Position numbers and translations under genes: made by a program
Part shown: one piece after another, positions 12,070 to 24,618 of the stretch
Layout of the letters: each line of letters starts with the position of its first letter
Position numbering within the stretch: the first letter of the stretch is position 1
NCBI GenBank assembly: GCA_030390025.1
Contig: CM059431.1
Location: 104,472,001 to 104,536,000 of the forward strand
DNA length: 64,000 nt
DNA from: Squalus acanthias
Lineage: Eukaryota
Reading direction: 5' to 3'
The notes under the pieces: generated by a model
Seen by the model: only the letters and a program-made list of their open reading frames with translations
Told to the model about the DNA's origin: nothing
Database searches by the model: none

Positions 12070-12930
12070 CTGCCCATATTTTTCTGTTCTGCCTCAAGTC
12101 TCTTAGGAACAGAAAATGGTGTCTTTATTTCTTTGCCAAGGTACGTGTCATTGTGCCCAGGTTTAGCAATTATTTCCAAATTATGGTAAATCACTGACTT
12201 GAGAGTGCATAAAATGCCCACTACACTCACTCACAAGGCAGAAAATAACATGTCGACAGAGCACTGTGTACATCTCCCTACTTAGTAAGTTGCTCTCAAA
12301 CATCTGCACACATCAATATACCACCCAGAATATCTGCAAGCTCAGAAAGAGCTACAGGGCATTAACTGAGTAGCATTGCCTCCACAGACTCAGGTTCAAC
12401 AGGCTCTGTGCCGTCTGCATCATGGAGATTTCAAGCCAACCCTAACCACAGGGACAGCACTACCAGCTGAACCATGGTCCTTATATACCTCCGTCTCCTT
12501 TCAGGCTACCACAGGTGACGTCTGCACTGTAACTCAATTTGCTGTATTAAATGGGCCACTGATGCTTTATTCAGCAGGGGCAACACTGTCATCTTCTTTC
12601 TCATTGATTAGCAACAGCAGCATGGCGATCCTACTGCCCTGTTCCCGCCTGTTCCCCACTGAAAACCAGCCCCGTAATGTTTGCCAGTTAACTAAATAAA
12701 GCAAACTAAAAATGTATTATCTTAAATGACTTCTACGTTGCAGCTTTGTGTTGACTGGCCAACAGCTGGTTACCATGTTCTCTTTGTTCATTCTGTCGCA
12801 ATTAAAGAAACTGATTATAACACCACTTAAAGGGGAAGGTAACTCTGTGAATAATTGCTCTTCTCTGATTTTTCTCTTTTAGTGATTGCTTAGGGGGCAT
12901 TTCCCAAGGTCAGGTAAAAGCCCATATGCA

Positions 12931-13362
12931 TTTTTTTTTAATTCATTCACAGGATGTGGGCGTCGCAGGCAAAGCCAGCATTTATTGGCCATCCCTAATT
13001 GCCCTTGAGAATGGTGGTGGTGAGCCGCCTTCTTGTACAACTGAGTGGCTTGCTAGGCCATTTCAGAGAGCAGTTAGAAGGCAACCACATTGCTGTGGGT
13101 CTGGAGTCACACATATGCCAGACCGAGTAAGGATGGCAGATTTCCTTCTCTAAAGGACATTAGTGAACCAGATGGGTTTTTGTGACAATCTGATAGTTTC
13201 ATGGTCACCATTACTGATACTAGCTTTTTTTTTTCAGATTTATTAATTAACTGAATTTAAATCCCCCAGCTGCCATGAGTGGGATTATGAACTCATACAG
13301 TTCATATGTCCAGGCCTCTGGATTACTAGTCCAGTAACATAACCACTCTGCTACCGCTTCCC
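12931..13362 (-). mobile_element. tRNA-derived SINE (type B) with CR1-B tail
   Basis: Homologous to 34706-35350. Its 3' end matches the CR1-B 3' UTR. Confidence 0.82.
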
Positions 13363-13404
13363 CAGAATGTGCAACAGATGCGCTGGAGAAATGTAAAGCA
13401 GGCG

Positions 13405-13905
13405 GAACATAGGAACAGGAAGAAGCCATTCAGGCCCTCGATCCTGTTCCGCTCTTCAATGAGCTCGTGGCTGATCTGTACCTAACTCCATCCACCCACC
13501 TTGGCTCCATATCCTTTTATACCCTTGTCTAGCACAAATCTATCAATCTCAGATTTGAAATGATTAATTGAGCCCCAGCATCTATTGCTTATTGTGGGAG
13601 AGAGTTCCACATTTCTACCACCCTTTGCGTGAAGAAGTGTTTCCTAACTTCTCTCCTGAATGTCCTGGCTCTGATTTTAAGTTTATGTCCCCCTTTGTTG
13701 TAGACTCCCCCCCACCAGTTTCTCTCTATCTACCCTATCAATTCATTTCAAAATCCTAAAAACCTCAATCAAATCACGCCTTAACCTTCTATATTCCAGG
13801 GAATACAAGCCTAGTTTCTGTAATCTCTCCTCGCAATCTAACCCTTGGAACCCTGGTAACATTCTGGTGAATCTGCGCTGCACTCCTTCCAGGGGCAAGA
13901 TATCC
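13405..13905 (-). mobile_element. CR1 LINE 3' fragment
   Basis: The reverse strand encodes the RKHFFTQRVVEMWNSL motif and the CR1 3' UTR. Confidence 0.85.
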
Positions 13906-14588
13906 ATTCTAAGTGGGGAACCACTTCAGTTCCTCTACTCTATGGCATGCTAGCTCAGCGTTAAAGGTCAAGGAAGGCCAAAGGGACAGAGTAATGTTCT
14001 TTTTTCCTATGCCTGGCATTGGCAAATATTGGGAAAAATAGGTTGGCAGCATCAACATCCCACAAAAAACCCAGTTCCCAACACTTCTATTGCAGCACAA
14101 CACAAATCAGAGACACAGGAAAAAGTGCAGTTGAGGGCTTTGGGAAATCACATAAATTCCTTTCGCCACTATGCAAAGAAAAGCGTGATTTTTTAATGCC
14201 CTGAGAATGAAATGTCAGAGCAACATTTCTCCTGTGCTGTACAAGTTCTAATTCTTTCATTCAGAGTTCGGACGCATTGATGTGAAAGTGCACGGAAAGC
14301 CGCAATAGCCATTTCATTCATCAGACATGAAATATTTGTTCAAGGTTCCTTATACATTACTGAGCACTTTGCCTCACAGCACTGAGGGACACATTGGACA
14401 TCCACGCTGATGTACCCAGGTAAAAGAGAATTCAGACCTTTGTTGATTCAGAGTTGTGAGAAAAGTAGTTTTTGCAGGCTTTTCAGTAGAATAGGCCTTT
14501 TAGATTCAAAGTTTTTTGTTGCCAGCAGTTTGTGTAACTGTCCTTGTACACCTACGTCTGAACACATTTCATCTACTGTGGTTACCTT

Positions 14589-15342
14589 GGCCCGGAATTT
14601 GCGGTTGCAATGACGGCAAAACTGTCAGCACTCGCCGCCGTTACTGTGTAAAACTGACAGCAACTTCTGGCGTCCGCAAGTGCGCAGTCAAACGCGGAAA
14701 TCCGAAAGTTGCTGTCAGTGATACCCTGCTCCTCCACAGGGCTTTTGCACTCTCCGCAGATGCAATCAACACAGAATCAGTGAATTGATGTGAACTTCAA
14801 CTTTTTACACTCTAATTCCGCTGTAAAAGCCCTTGAAAATGTTAAGCCTTGTTTAATGAGTTTTTAACGGCGTCATAAGTCATAATTACTACTGAACAAC
14901 CTCTCTGGCCCTGAAAAACTAATTTTATAAGTATGGAGTCTCATTCACTCAAAATAACATTTTAAAATTCCATGATTTTTAGAATAATAAAAATTATTTT
15001 TTTTTAAAGTTTTTTCATATTTCAGCTTTTACCTTAATTGCATGTACATGTCCCAATCTATATTTTGCTTTCTGTAAAATGATTAAAAAGTGAATTACAA
15101 TCCCTGCTTTTTACTTCCTGGTTTGCTGTCTGTGAGAATTCTTCAATCTGATTGGCCGGTCAGCCTGCCTGCTGCCTGAACTGTTGCTAGACGCCACAGA
15201 TCCTCTATAGATGGCGGCAGATTCAAAGCACGTCAGAATAAAGGAAATCGATGCTCTAGAGCCTGCTGAATCTCTGTGGGTAGCTTTTTTCGAGGTTGGA
15301 GGCGAGTGAGGTCTTTTCACCGCTGACCGCAAAATCCAGTCC
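14589..15342. mobile_element. Non-autonomous PIF/Harbinger element, family N2 (copy 1)
   Basis: TIRs GGCCCGGAATTTGCGGT / ACCGCAAAATCCAGTCC and 3-bp TSD CTT. AT-rich centre. Inverted homologue at 61869-62618. Confidence 0.82.
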
Positions 15343-15539
15343 CTTAGGATCACAGCATGGGAACTATTGGTTGACTGTGTCTGCCTATTTTGGAAAGTGT
15401 GGGACTGGTTAGGAGGCTGCTTGGCCTGGGGAAACATTGAAATCTATTGACATACAAGAACAGAAGCAGGCTCAGGTTCCCATAATATAATGAGAGTTTT
15501 TTGGGCCACTCACGTATTACCACAAGGTTATTTTTTAGC

Positions 15540-15932
15540 TGCTCCATCACCAAGACCGCCTCTTTCCATCTCTGTAACATCCCCTGACTCCGCCCCTGCC
15601 TCAGCTCATCTGCTGCTGAAACCCTCATCCACGCTTTTGATACCTCTAGACTTGACTATTCCAATGCTCGCCTGCCCGGCCTCCCACCTTCCACCCTACA
15701 TAAACTTGAGCTCATCCAAAACTCTGCTGTCCGTATCCCAACTCGCAACAAGTCCCGTTCACCCATCACCCTGTGCTCACTGACCTACATTGGCTTCCGG
15801 ACCGGCAACACTTCAATTTTATAATTCTCATCCTTGCTTTCAAATCCCTCCATGGCCTCGCCCCTCCCGTTCTCTGTAACCTCCTCCAGCCCCGACAACC
15901 CTCCGAGACCTCTGCGCTCCTCCAATTCTTGC
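15540..15932 (+). mobile_element. L2 LINE ORF2 C-terminal fragment
   Basis: Encodes L2 motifs SRLDYSNA, LELIQNSAVR and SPITxVLxDLHWLP, with frameshifts. Confidence 0.85.
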
Positions 15933-16414
15933 CTTCTGTGCGGTAAATGCTATATGATTCCATTTGGTGGCAATGTGAGGATGTCTTTCCCAAGGGATGG
16001 CCGTTTTCTTTGATACTTCTTGGACCATTGTCAGTATCGCGCGTTACCGACAATTTCGGCGAAGATTTTCCATCCAAAACTTTACTCTGTCCTTTTTCCT
16101 GTTGGCGACTGATGGATCTGCTGCATTTTCTACTTTACTTCAGCAGGAAGCATTCCCAGGTTAGGTAAGAGGAGGGCGAAGTGCAGAATAAAGCTTCTTC
16201 TTGTAATCTTGTGAGTAATTGATATGAGATTCGATCTTTGGTGCTCAAAGACTAGAGAGAGCCTTGTACAAAGTATTATTACAGTTCTAAAAGAAGCAAC
16301 AATGCGACAAGTAAAGAGTTCAAATACAAAACAAAGATTATACTTATAGCATAGTAAAGTTAAAGAGAAAGAAACCGTCAACATTTACAAGGTTTCGAGG
16401 TGATCAGTCTCAAA

Positions 16415-16890
16415 ATAACAACAACAGCAACAACTTGAATTTATGTAGCACCTTTAACATAATAAAACGTCCCTAGGCGTTTCACAGGAGCGATTATCAA
16501 ACAAAATTGACACCGAGCCACATAAGGAGATATTAGGGCAGATCACCAAAAGCTTGGTCAAAGAGGTAGGTTTTAAGGAGCGTCTTAAAGGAGGTAGAGA
16601 GAGAGGTAGAGAGGTTGAGGGAGTGGATTCCAGAGCTTAGGGCCCAGGCAGCTGGAGGCACGGCCGCCAATGGTGGTGTGATTAAACTGGGGTGTGTGCA
16701 AGAGGCCAGAATTGGAGGAGCACAGAGATCTCGGAGGGGTTGTAGGGCTGGAGGAGATTACAGAGATAGGGAGGGGGAGGCAAGGCCATGGAGGGATTTG
16801 AAAAGAAGGATGAGAATTTTTAAATCGAGGTGTTGCCGGACCGGGAGCCAAGGTAGGCCAGCGAGCACAGGGGTGATGGGTGAACTGGAC
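16415..16890 (-). mobile_element. L2 LINE 3' end
   Basis: Reverse strand has the IGGRAxSCLGPKLWN motif, the 3' UTR and a (GTT)n tail. Confidence 0.87.
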
Positions 16891-17116
16891 AGAAATGTCA
16901 TAATGAAATCTGACATGTGGAATTTCCATTTTTCTCATTATTCCTGTGCAACTTTCAAGATAAATTTTGGGTTTGAACATTACATAATTTTAATATTCGA
17001 ATTTGCATTGAATTACACAAAGCTTGCAGGCTTTCTGGAGCACTGTTGCATTTCAGATTAAATAGCCCTTGGAGCTATATACATTGAGGATCTTGCATAG
17101 TTCTATATATTTGGGT

Positions 17117-17591
17117 AAAAAAAAGACTTACATTTATATAGCGCCTTTCACCACCACCGGATGTCTCAAAGTGCTTTACGGCCAATGATGTACTTTTTTG
17201 AAGTGTAGTCACTGTTGTAATGTGGGAAACATGGCAGCCAATTTGCGCACAGCAAGCTCCCACAAACAAACAGCAATGTGATAATGACCAGATAAGCTGT
17301 TTTAGTGATGTTGATTGAGGGATAAATATTGGCCAGGACACCGGGGATAACTCCCCTGCTCTTCTTCGAAATAGTGCCATGGGATCTTTCACATCCAACT
17401 GAGAGAGAAGACGGGGCCTCGGATTAACATCTCATCCGAAAGACGGCACCTCCGACAGTGCAGCACTCCCTCAGCACTGCACTGGGAGTGTCAGCCTAGC
17501 TTTATGTGTTCAAGTCCCGTGGAGTGGGACTTGAACCCACAGCTTTCATGACTCAGAGGTGAGCATGCTGCCCACTGAGCCACAGCTGACA
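17117..17591 (-). mobile_element. SacSINE1-type SINE, full length
   Basis: A and B boxes, Deu core and L2-like tail. Confidence 0.9.
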
Positions 17592-18191
17592 AACTGTACC
17601 ACTGTACAAAGTCTCAGGTGTACCTCTGTAAAACCAAAAATGAAATGAATTTTCATTCTTTCACTGATGGATGCATCAGTTTTAATTATAAATAAATAAT
17701 AAGAAACACACTGCAGAGAAATTCAACTATATATCTTTAGTGACTGTGATTGTGTTAATAAATCTTTATTATCCAGAATACAAGATAGTCTGCAGGCTTC
17801 ACCTTGACCCCGATAAGCGACTGGCTGCATTCTACCACAGCCATCAAGGTACTAGCTGCAGTGAAGACTTGTTGGCATTATTTTTATTTTCTTAAACCAC
17901 TTCGAAAGCTTATGCAAGCTGTGTATGAAACATCACATACATGTGTGTATTGAGAATCTTTACGGTACTATCCATAATTTCTAACTGTTGGTGTAAGCTG
18001 GTGTCACTGAACATTATCAATTGCTGGGGTATTGTTTGGAAGCTTTTACACTATTTCAACAGGAAGAACTTTGTTTTGCCCCTTCCACAGTCTTAGAAAC
18101 TTTTTTTTAAAAATTCAAAATCGATGTACTTAAACCCAAATATTCAATTTATAATAATCGTGAGTAGAAATTCCTCCATGTGTAATCTTCA

Positions 18192-18305
18192 TACATTACA
18201 ACAGCGACTACACTTCAAAAGCACTCCATTGGCTGTAAAGGGCTTTGGGACGTCCTGAGGTTGTGAAAGGCACTATAGAAATGCAAGTACTTTCTTTTCT
18301 TTCTT
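18192..18305 (+). mobile_element. SacSINE1-type 3' fragment
   Basis: TACATTACAACAGCGACTACACTTCAAAA...AAATGCAAGT tail. Confidence 0.8.
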
Positions 18306-18395
18306 TCATCCCATGGGCATTGTCATGTCACCATATGGTTTAACTGTGGGGTGAATGGAATATATTCAGGAATTTTCAGCCGGACATGTTTTAAT

Positions 18396-18772
18396 AGAAT
18401 CAGAGAATCATCGAATAATACAGCACAGAAGGAGGCCATTCAGCCCATCGAGTCTGCGCCGGCTCTTTCGAAGAGCAATCCAGTTAGTCCCACTCCCTCG
18501 CTCTTTCCCCATATCTCTGCAAATTTTTTCTCCTTCAAGTATTTATCCAATTCCCTTTTGAAGGCTGCTATTGAATCTGTATCCACCCACCTATCAGGCA
18601 ATGCATTCCAAATCCTAACCACTCGTTGCGTTAAAAAAGTTTTTTGCTCATCTCGCCTCTGGTTAATTTGCCAATCACCTTCAATCTGTGCCCTCTGGTT
18701 ATCGACCCTTCCTCCATTGGAAACAGTTTCTCTGTATTTACTCTGTCTAAACCCTTCATGGTTTTAAATAGA
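18396..18772 (-). mobile_element. CR1 LINE 3' fragment
   Basis: FKTMKGLDRVNTEKLFP...TRGHRLKV and VRIWNALP peptides. Confidence 0.87.
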
Positions 18773-19602
18773 AGTGTCCTGTCCCAATCAGTGATGAAAT
18801 TACTGCTGGCGGTTTTGCTGTGCGAGATGGAATGTCGTAAAAGAAAAAAAAAACAGCAATTGATAACTAATGATTCCGTGACCATTGCCAGTTTGCACCA
18901 ACTGTTATAATTCAGTTAGCTAATCCCCAAAAGGATTATAAATAGATTAGGTGCAGCCAAGTCATGATGTTGAATGATTTCTTCAGATTAATCTTAAAAT
19001 AATGATTTAAAGGGGGACAAAATAACAGCGATCCTGTCATGTAAGTTATCTTCATAAAGGTACGCATATTTGTCAGGACCAGTCAGTGGTAATCTATCTA
19101 CAGCATTGTGCACCACGCTATGATGCTAAAATAATCTGTTTCCGAGTCCTATGATGTACAGCAAGTCTCTGTACTGTTAACGCCGTTTGCAAAGTGGGTA
19201 AAGGACAGCCATTGCTTTGAAAAAATGTAACTTTTAAGGTTTTGATTGCACTCCTGTGATTCCAAAAATGAGATTAATTTGCACTGTTTGGCTGATAGGT
19301 AGAGCGGAGCGAATTCTAATGCCCGCTGGAGGTTCTATTGCATTCGAGGCTGGATTTTATCGCCGTGGTTTCCTGCTCCTGTTCTGGCCCAAATGTCAGG
19401 TCGTTCTGCAGCTGCAGTGAACTGAGCTGAAACCTCGAGAGGATCGTAAAACGTGGCGGGCGTGCACTGCAGGAAGTTAGGCTTTACACTTGGGTTAGTA
19501 TCACTTCTCATAAACTCCGGTTATTGAAGTGCTTAGGCATATGCCAGAAAGCTATCCAGTTAATAAAAAAAAAATGGGAAAGGAAGCTTGAGCTAATCTA
19601 AG

Positions 19603-19953
19603 ACAAAAGCAAAAATATGGCGGATGCTGGAAATCTGAAATAATAACAGAAAACGCTGGAAACACTCAACAGGTCAGGCAGCATCCGTGGAGAGAGAAAC
19701 ATGGAGTTAACGTTTCGTCAGAACTGGAAAAAGTTAGAGATATAACAGGTTTTTAAGCTAGTGCAGAGGCAGGGGAAGGGGGGAGGGGCGGAAAGAACAA
19801 AATCAAAGGTCTGTGATAGGGTGGAAGGCAGGAGAGATTAAAAGACAAAAGTGATGATGTTGCAAAGCAAAAGGAGATGGTAATGGGACAAGTAAAGGAA
19901 TAAAAGATGGGTCTAGAAGAGGTGTAAATGGGAATAGTAGAATCATCAACAGC
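19603..19953 (-). mobile_element. Penelope-like element 3' end with stem-II-deleted hammerhead
   Basis: Same terminal sequence as the copies at 38912, 41421 and 57214. The minus strand reads AGTT-CTGACGAAACGTT-AACT at 19705-19725 and continues about 230 bp upstream in the element. Confidence 0.75.
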
Positions 19954-19954
19954 T

Positions 19955-20120
19955 GTTTAAGGGGAAGCTAGATAAACACATGAGGGAGAAAGGAAGAGAA
20001 GGAGATGTTGACAGGGTGAGATGAAGTCGGGGTGGGAGGAGGCTGGTGTGGAGCATAAACACCGACACGGATCTGGTGGGCCGAATGGTCAGTTTCTGTG
20101 CTGTAGATTCTATGTAATTC
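19955..20120 (+). mobile_element. CR1 3' terminal fragment
   Basis: TTTAAGGGGAAGCTAGATAAACACATGAGG... 3' UTR ending ATTCTATGTAAT. Confidence 0.82.
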
Positions 20121-20419
20121 AATCTGCATTAATTGGTATTGCACCTACAGTTCCCATCCAATACATACTTATGCCAGACTACTATTCCTTTCATAATAGA
20201 TGGTTATTGTATCACAGGTGACAGACCATGCAGAAGGAATGAGCATCTCAAGTGTGACTTTGGAAGATCTAAATGTGAAAAGTGACTGAAGCTGGCCTTA
20301 ACATTTTACTGTGTGGTACACAAGTGTGAATGGCAGTAGTTTTAGTCAAGTTAATTGGAGTGTATTAACCTTCCACACAAGGTAATAAAGTGGTTTTCAA
20401 GTATATTAAGGAACATTAG

Positions 20420-20670
20420 TAAAAACTTCTTTACCCAGAGAGTGGTGAGAATGTAGAACCTGTTAGTACAGGGAGTAGTTGAGGAGAATATCATAGGTGC
20501 TTTTAAGGGGAGGCTAGATAAACACATGAGGGGGAAAGGAATAGAAGGATATGCTGATGGGGTTAGATGAAGAGGGGTGGGAGGAGGCTCGTGTGGAGCA
20601 TAAACACCGGCACGGACCAGTTGGGCCGAATGGCATGTTTCTTTGCTGGACATTCCATGTAATTCTATGT
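20420..20670 (+). mobile_element. CR1 3' fragment
   Basis: NFFTQRVVRM motif and 3' UTR ending ATTCTATGT. Confidence 0.85.
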
Positions 20671-20779
20671 AAAAAAAATCTTAATTCCTTTTTTATTTCC
20701 AATTTCTGAATACTTCACAATTCTTTTTGCCCCCAACTTGAGCAGTAATGTGGTCTGGAATGACATTGAGTTACATTGA

Positions 20780-21817
20780 GGCCGGGAATTTCCCAACGGA
20801 GGCGGGATGGTGACGGGAGAGCTGGTTGCCGGGTTCCGGTCCCGCTCTCGGCCGCAGCTGCTCTGTCAAAGGGATTTTCCCTTGATTGACCCTGTTAAGC
20901 CCGCCCTGTGGACTTCCCGGCCAATTAACAGGAAGCAGATCTGATGACGTCATTTGATGTGTTTTCCTTAAAGGGACCACGGCCACATTGAGTTTGACAG
21001 TTGTTCTGTCAGTGTTTGACAGCATTGAGGTGCTGCAAACACTGACAAGCACTGCACAAAGTTGGACGCTTGCACGAAGGCTCTCAAATGACTCCTTCCG
21101 TATGCTTGTGGAGGGAGTCACAGCACGCAGGGAGGTTCTCTTCCCTTCCAAGGGCGGAAGAGATCTCCCCATGACACCAACGCAGCCTGGTTGCCATTGA
21201 ACAGGAGGGCAAAAGCAGGGATGTCGTTAGGAGTCCCTGGCTGCAGTGGCGCAAACCTTTCAATGATCTCAGTGGATCACAAAACGTTACTGCAAAGCCA
21301 CACTCAAACTCACCCTGCTGTGCCACTCACCACATCCCCATCACTCTGCCTTCCCTACCCTACTCCTGCACATCCTTACTCACACCAACTTACCTTGCAC
21401 CTCCACCCATCCCTCTCTATCTACATTATCACTTCCTCATCTCACTAGTCACCCCTCATACTCACCCCCATCCTACTACAAGCTTGCCAACTAACAACAC
21501 ACAAGGGTGGGCACTTGAGAGGTTAACCAATGTTCATGTGAAGTTTATGGTAATGTGTTGTCAGACAGTGAAATCTATATTTTCAACACAGCCTCTTATT
21601 GGACAGATCTGTGCCCACCTTGAGAAGTGTCTTACTGAGTTCCAGTGAATGTTGAGACATAACTCCCCCCCGCCCCACCCCCACCCCCATAGTGATGAGT
21701 GTGCATGGAATGGCTTGGACATTAAAGGGATGCTTCACGGTGCTGGTGTGGGACGGTGTCAACCTGGCGCATCATGTGGCAGCCAGGGTTTACAGCGTCA
21801 AGTGAAGTAAATCTGGC
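20780..21817 (+). mobile_element. Decayed PIF/Harbinger element carrying a Myb/SANT exon
   Basis: Left end GGCCGGGAATTTCC. The subterminal region is homologous (inverted) to the right end of 47796-48639. The right boundary is uncertain. Confidence 0.7.
21060..21273 (+). pseudogene. Harbinger Myb/SANT-like DNA-binding protein, frameshifted relic
   Basis: With two frameshifts it reads ARRLSNDSFRMLVEGVTARREVLFPS/GRKRSPHDTNAAWL/IEQEGKSRDVVRSPWLQWRKPFNDLS, matching the RFS-x-LV...LF...AW...R-x-W-x-Q-x-RK-x-(W/F)NDL pattern. Confidence 0.78.
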
Positions 21818-21996
21818 CTCGAGTGGAGCATGAATGCTGGCATGGACCAGTTGAGCTGAATGCCCTGTGTCTGTGCAGTACACTCAGGCCAGGAATTTAC
21901 TGGTGCTCAGAGGGCAAATTTGTGGCCTGAGTGTACTGCACAGACACAGGGCATTCAGCCCAACTGGTCCATGTTGGCCTTTATGCTCCACTGGAG
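21818..21996. repeat. Inverted repeat of two CR1 3' ends (74-bp arms, 31-nt spacer)
   Basis: 21855-21891 is the exact reverse complement of 21923-21959. The outer arms are imperfect. Confidence 0.9.
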
Positions 21997-22321
21997 CCTT
22001 AGTGGAATTAACAAAAAAAAAATCATCACAAGTTCTGATTAATGTATCACTCTCTCCCATATATGTGCTATCGTGGTTACAAGGATACTTTATTCAGCAT
22101 GTATTATTTAAAAAGTACATGTGTTAATAAATGCTTTCTAGCGTAACTGAGGTCTGAATAGATACATACTTAATTCAAAACAATGCATCATACGCAACTC
22201 CCCACCACCAGGACTAAGGAATAATGCTGTAACTGGAAAAATAAAAGACATCAGTAACACCAGGTCAATAAACATCAGTAGAAAAAAGAAACAATACAAG
22301 ATGGGAAAAATGATGGGACAT

Positions 22322-22920
22322 TTTGATGAGGGGTTTTGATAGAGTGGATAGGGAGAAACTGTTCCCACTGGCAGGAGGGTCAGTAACCAGAGGACACGGA
22401 TTTAAGTTAATTGCCAAAAATCCAGGGGGGAGATGAGGAGAATTTTTTTTTAAAACTCAGCGAGTTGTTATGATCTGGAATAAACTACCTGAAAGGGCGG
22501 TGGAAGCAGATAACCTTCGAAAGTGAATTGGATATATGCTTGAAAGGGAAGAATTTGCAGGGGTATGGGGAAAGAGCAGGGGAGTTATTTTTGCGCTTAT
22601 GGGACCTGGGCGTCGCTGGCAAGGCCAGCATTTATTGCCCATCCCTAGTTGCCCTTGAGAAGGTGGTGGTGAGCCGCCTTCTTGAACCGCTGCAGTCCGA
22701 TGTGGTGAAGGTCCTCCCACAGTGCTGTTAGGGAGGGAGTTCCAGGATTTTGACCCTGCGACGTTGAAGGATCGGCGATATACTTCTAAATCAGGATGGT
22801 GTGTGACTTGGAGGGGAACTTGGAGGTGGGACTAATTGGATAGCTCTTTCAAAGAGCCGGCACAGGCACGATAGGCCGAGTGGCCTCCTTCTGTGCTGTA
22901 TTATTCTATTATTCTATTCC
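22322..22920 (+). mobile_element. CR1 3' fragment split by CR1-B
   Basis: MRGFDRVDREKLFPLAGGSVTRGHGFK motif. The host resumes TGGGACTAATTGG after the insert. (ATTCT)n tail. Confidence 0.85.
22585..22827 (-). mobile_element. CR1-B 3' UTR fragment nested in CR1
   Basis: Near-identical to 7165-7400. Confidence 0.85.
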
Positions 22921-23380
22921 AGGCGCAGGGTGGGTTCGTTTATTCCGGTATATTGCCTCTAACGTTCATTATTTGTTTTAAGGGACACACAGACGTAGAG
23001 CTGGCGTGTCCCATATTTGCAGAATGATCCTGAACTGGCCCAATTTATGTCACGGTGGGTTTGGAAATCAGGTCAGTGCTTGTCCCTATGCACAGTGGAG
23101 AAAGTGGTTTGTAATTAACAAAAATTGCAAGATGAGCATTAAAAAATAGTCCACGTACTGACATTGGAAGAAGCAAATTATCATTTCCTTTTCAATTTTT
23201 TTTAGATTTATTAATAAGCCTGTGAAAATTCTGACTTTCCCACGTAGAATATGAAAGTATTATACTGTATAAATTTTATAATGAAATATATAGTAGAAAC
23301 ATGTTATATTGTTCATGAAGTGATGCAATTATTTCCTCTCAATCTGTCACTCCCTACTCTTATGTCAATTATGACTGAGA

Positions 23381-23818
23381 TGTCAGTCATGGCTCTGTGG
23401 GTAGCACTCTCGCCTCTGAGTCAGAAGGTTGTGGGTTCATAGTCCCACTCCAGGGACTCGAGCACAAGTACTGAGGGAGTGCTCTAGTGTTGGAGCTGCA
23501 GTCTTTCGGATGAGACGTTAAACCGAGGCCCCGTCTGCTCTCTCAGGTGGACGTAAAAGATCCCACGACACGATTTTGAAGAAGAGCAGGTGAGTTCTCC
23601 CTGGTGTCCTGGTCCAATATTTATCCCTCAACCAATATCACTAAAACAGATTATCTGATCATTATCACATTGCTTTTTGTGGGAGCTTGCTGTGCGCAAA
23701 TTGGCTGCCGCGTTTCCTACATTACAACAGTTCAAAAAGTACTTAATTGGCTGTGAAGAGCTTTGGGACATCCTGAGGTCATGAAAGGCGCTACATAAAT
23801 GCAAGTCTTTCTTTCTTT
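23381..23818 (+). mobile_element. SacSINE1-type SINE
   Basis: TGTCAG head, A and B boxes, Deu core and (CTTT)n tail. Confidence 0.9.
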
Positions 23819-24114
23819 ATTTTCATGTACCTAGGTATTAAATCTGAATTTGTGAAATTGACTGGAAGCTGACTTATCAAATACTGGAAAAGGAAAACTA
23901 TTAATACATAAATTCAACATCTGGAAAATAAACAAGCACACTTGCTTATCCTTTGAATACTGAAGGTTTTTCTGATTTCTGAAGACAGACCTCTTAATAG
24001 ATTTTCTGGGAATTCCAAGTAGTGCATTCTATTAAGTAGAGTTAGATAAACTAATTGAAACAAAGATTACCTACCATTTCAGAATATGTTTGAAAATCCA
24101 CCATTTCATGATAT

Positions 24115-24555
24115 TCAGGCTTGGCTCAGTGATAGCACTCTTGCCTGAGTCAGAAGGTCATGGGTTCAAGTCCCCCTCCAGAGACTTGAGCACATAATCT
24201 AGGCTGACACCCCCAGTGCAGTGCTGAGGGAGCGCTGCACTGTCGGACGTGCCATCTTTCGCATGAGACGTTAAACCGCGGCCCCGTCTGCCCTGCTCAG
24301 ATGGAAGTAAAAGATCCCATGGCACGATTTGAAAATGAGCAGGAGAGTTTTCCCCGGAGCCCTGGCCAACGTTTATCCCTCAACCAACATCACTAATCCA
24401 ATGGAATGTATTTAATTGATGTTTGTGGGACCTTACTGTAAGCAAATTGGATGCTGACATTCCCTGCATTGCAACCGTGACTACACTTCAAAAGTACGTG
24501 ATTGGCTGTAAAGCGCTTTGGGACATCCTGAGGTAAGGAAAGGTGCTGTATAAAT
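24115..24555 (+). mobile_element. SacSINE1-type SINE (more diverged)
   Basis: TGGCTCAGTG A box, GGTTCAAGTCC B box and Deu core. Confidence 0.87.
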
Positions 24556-24618
24556 TTTTAAAATAATATATACTTTTTAAATAAAACATGCTGTATACAG
24601 ATTGCTAGTAAACACTAT

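Noticed and set aside
17777..17848. 72-nt exon-like segment (YKIVCRLHLDPDKRLAAFYHSHQ)
   Set aside because: Weak donor (GTACTA) and no recognisable homology.
23381..23460. tRNA gene
   Set aside because: The A and B boxes belong to the SINE head and continue into the Deu domain. There is no complete cloverleaf.
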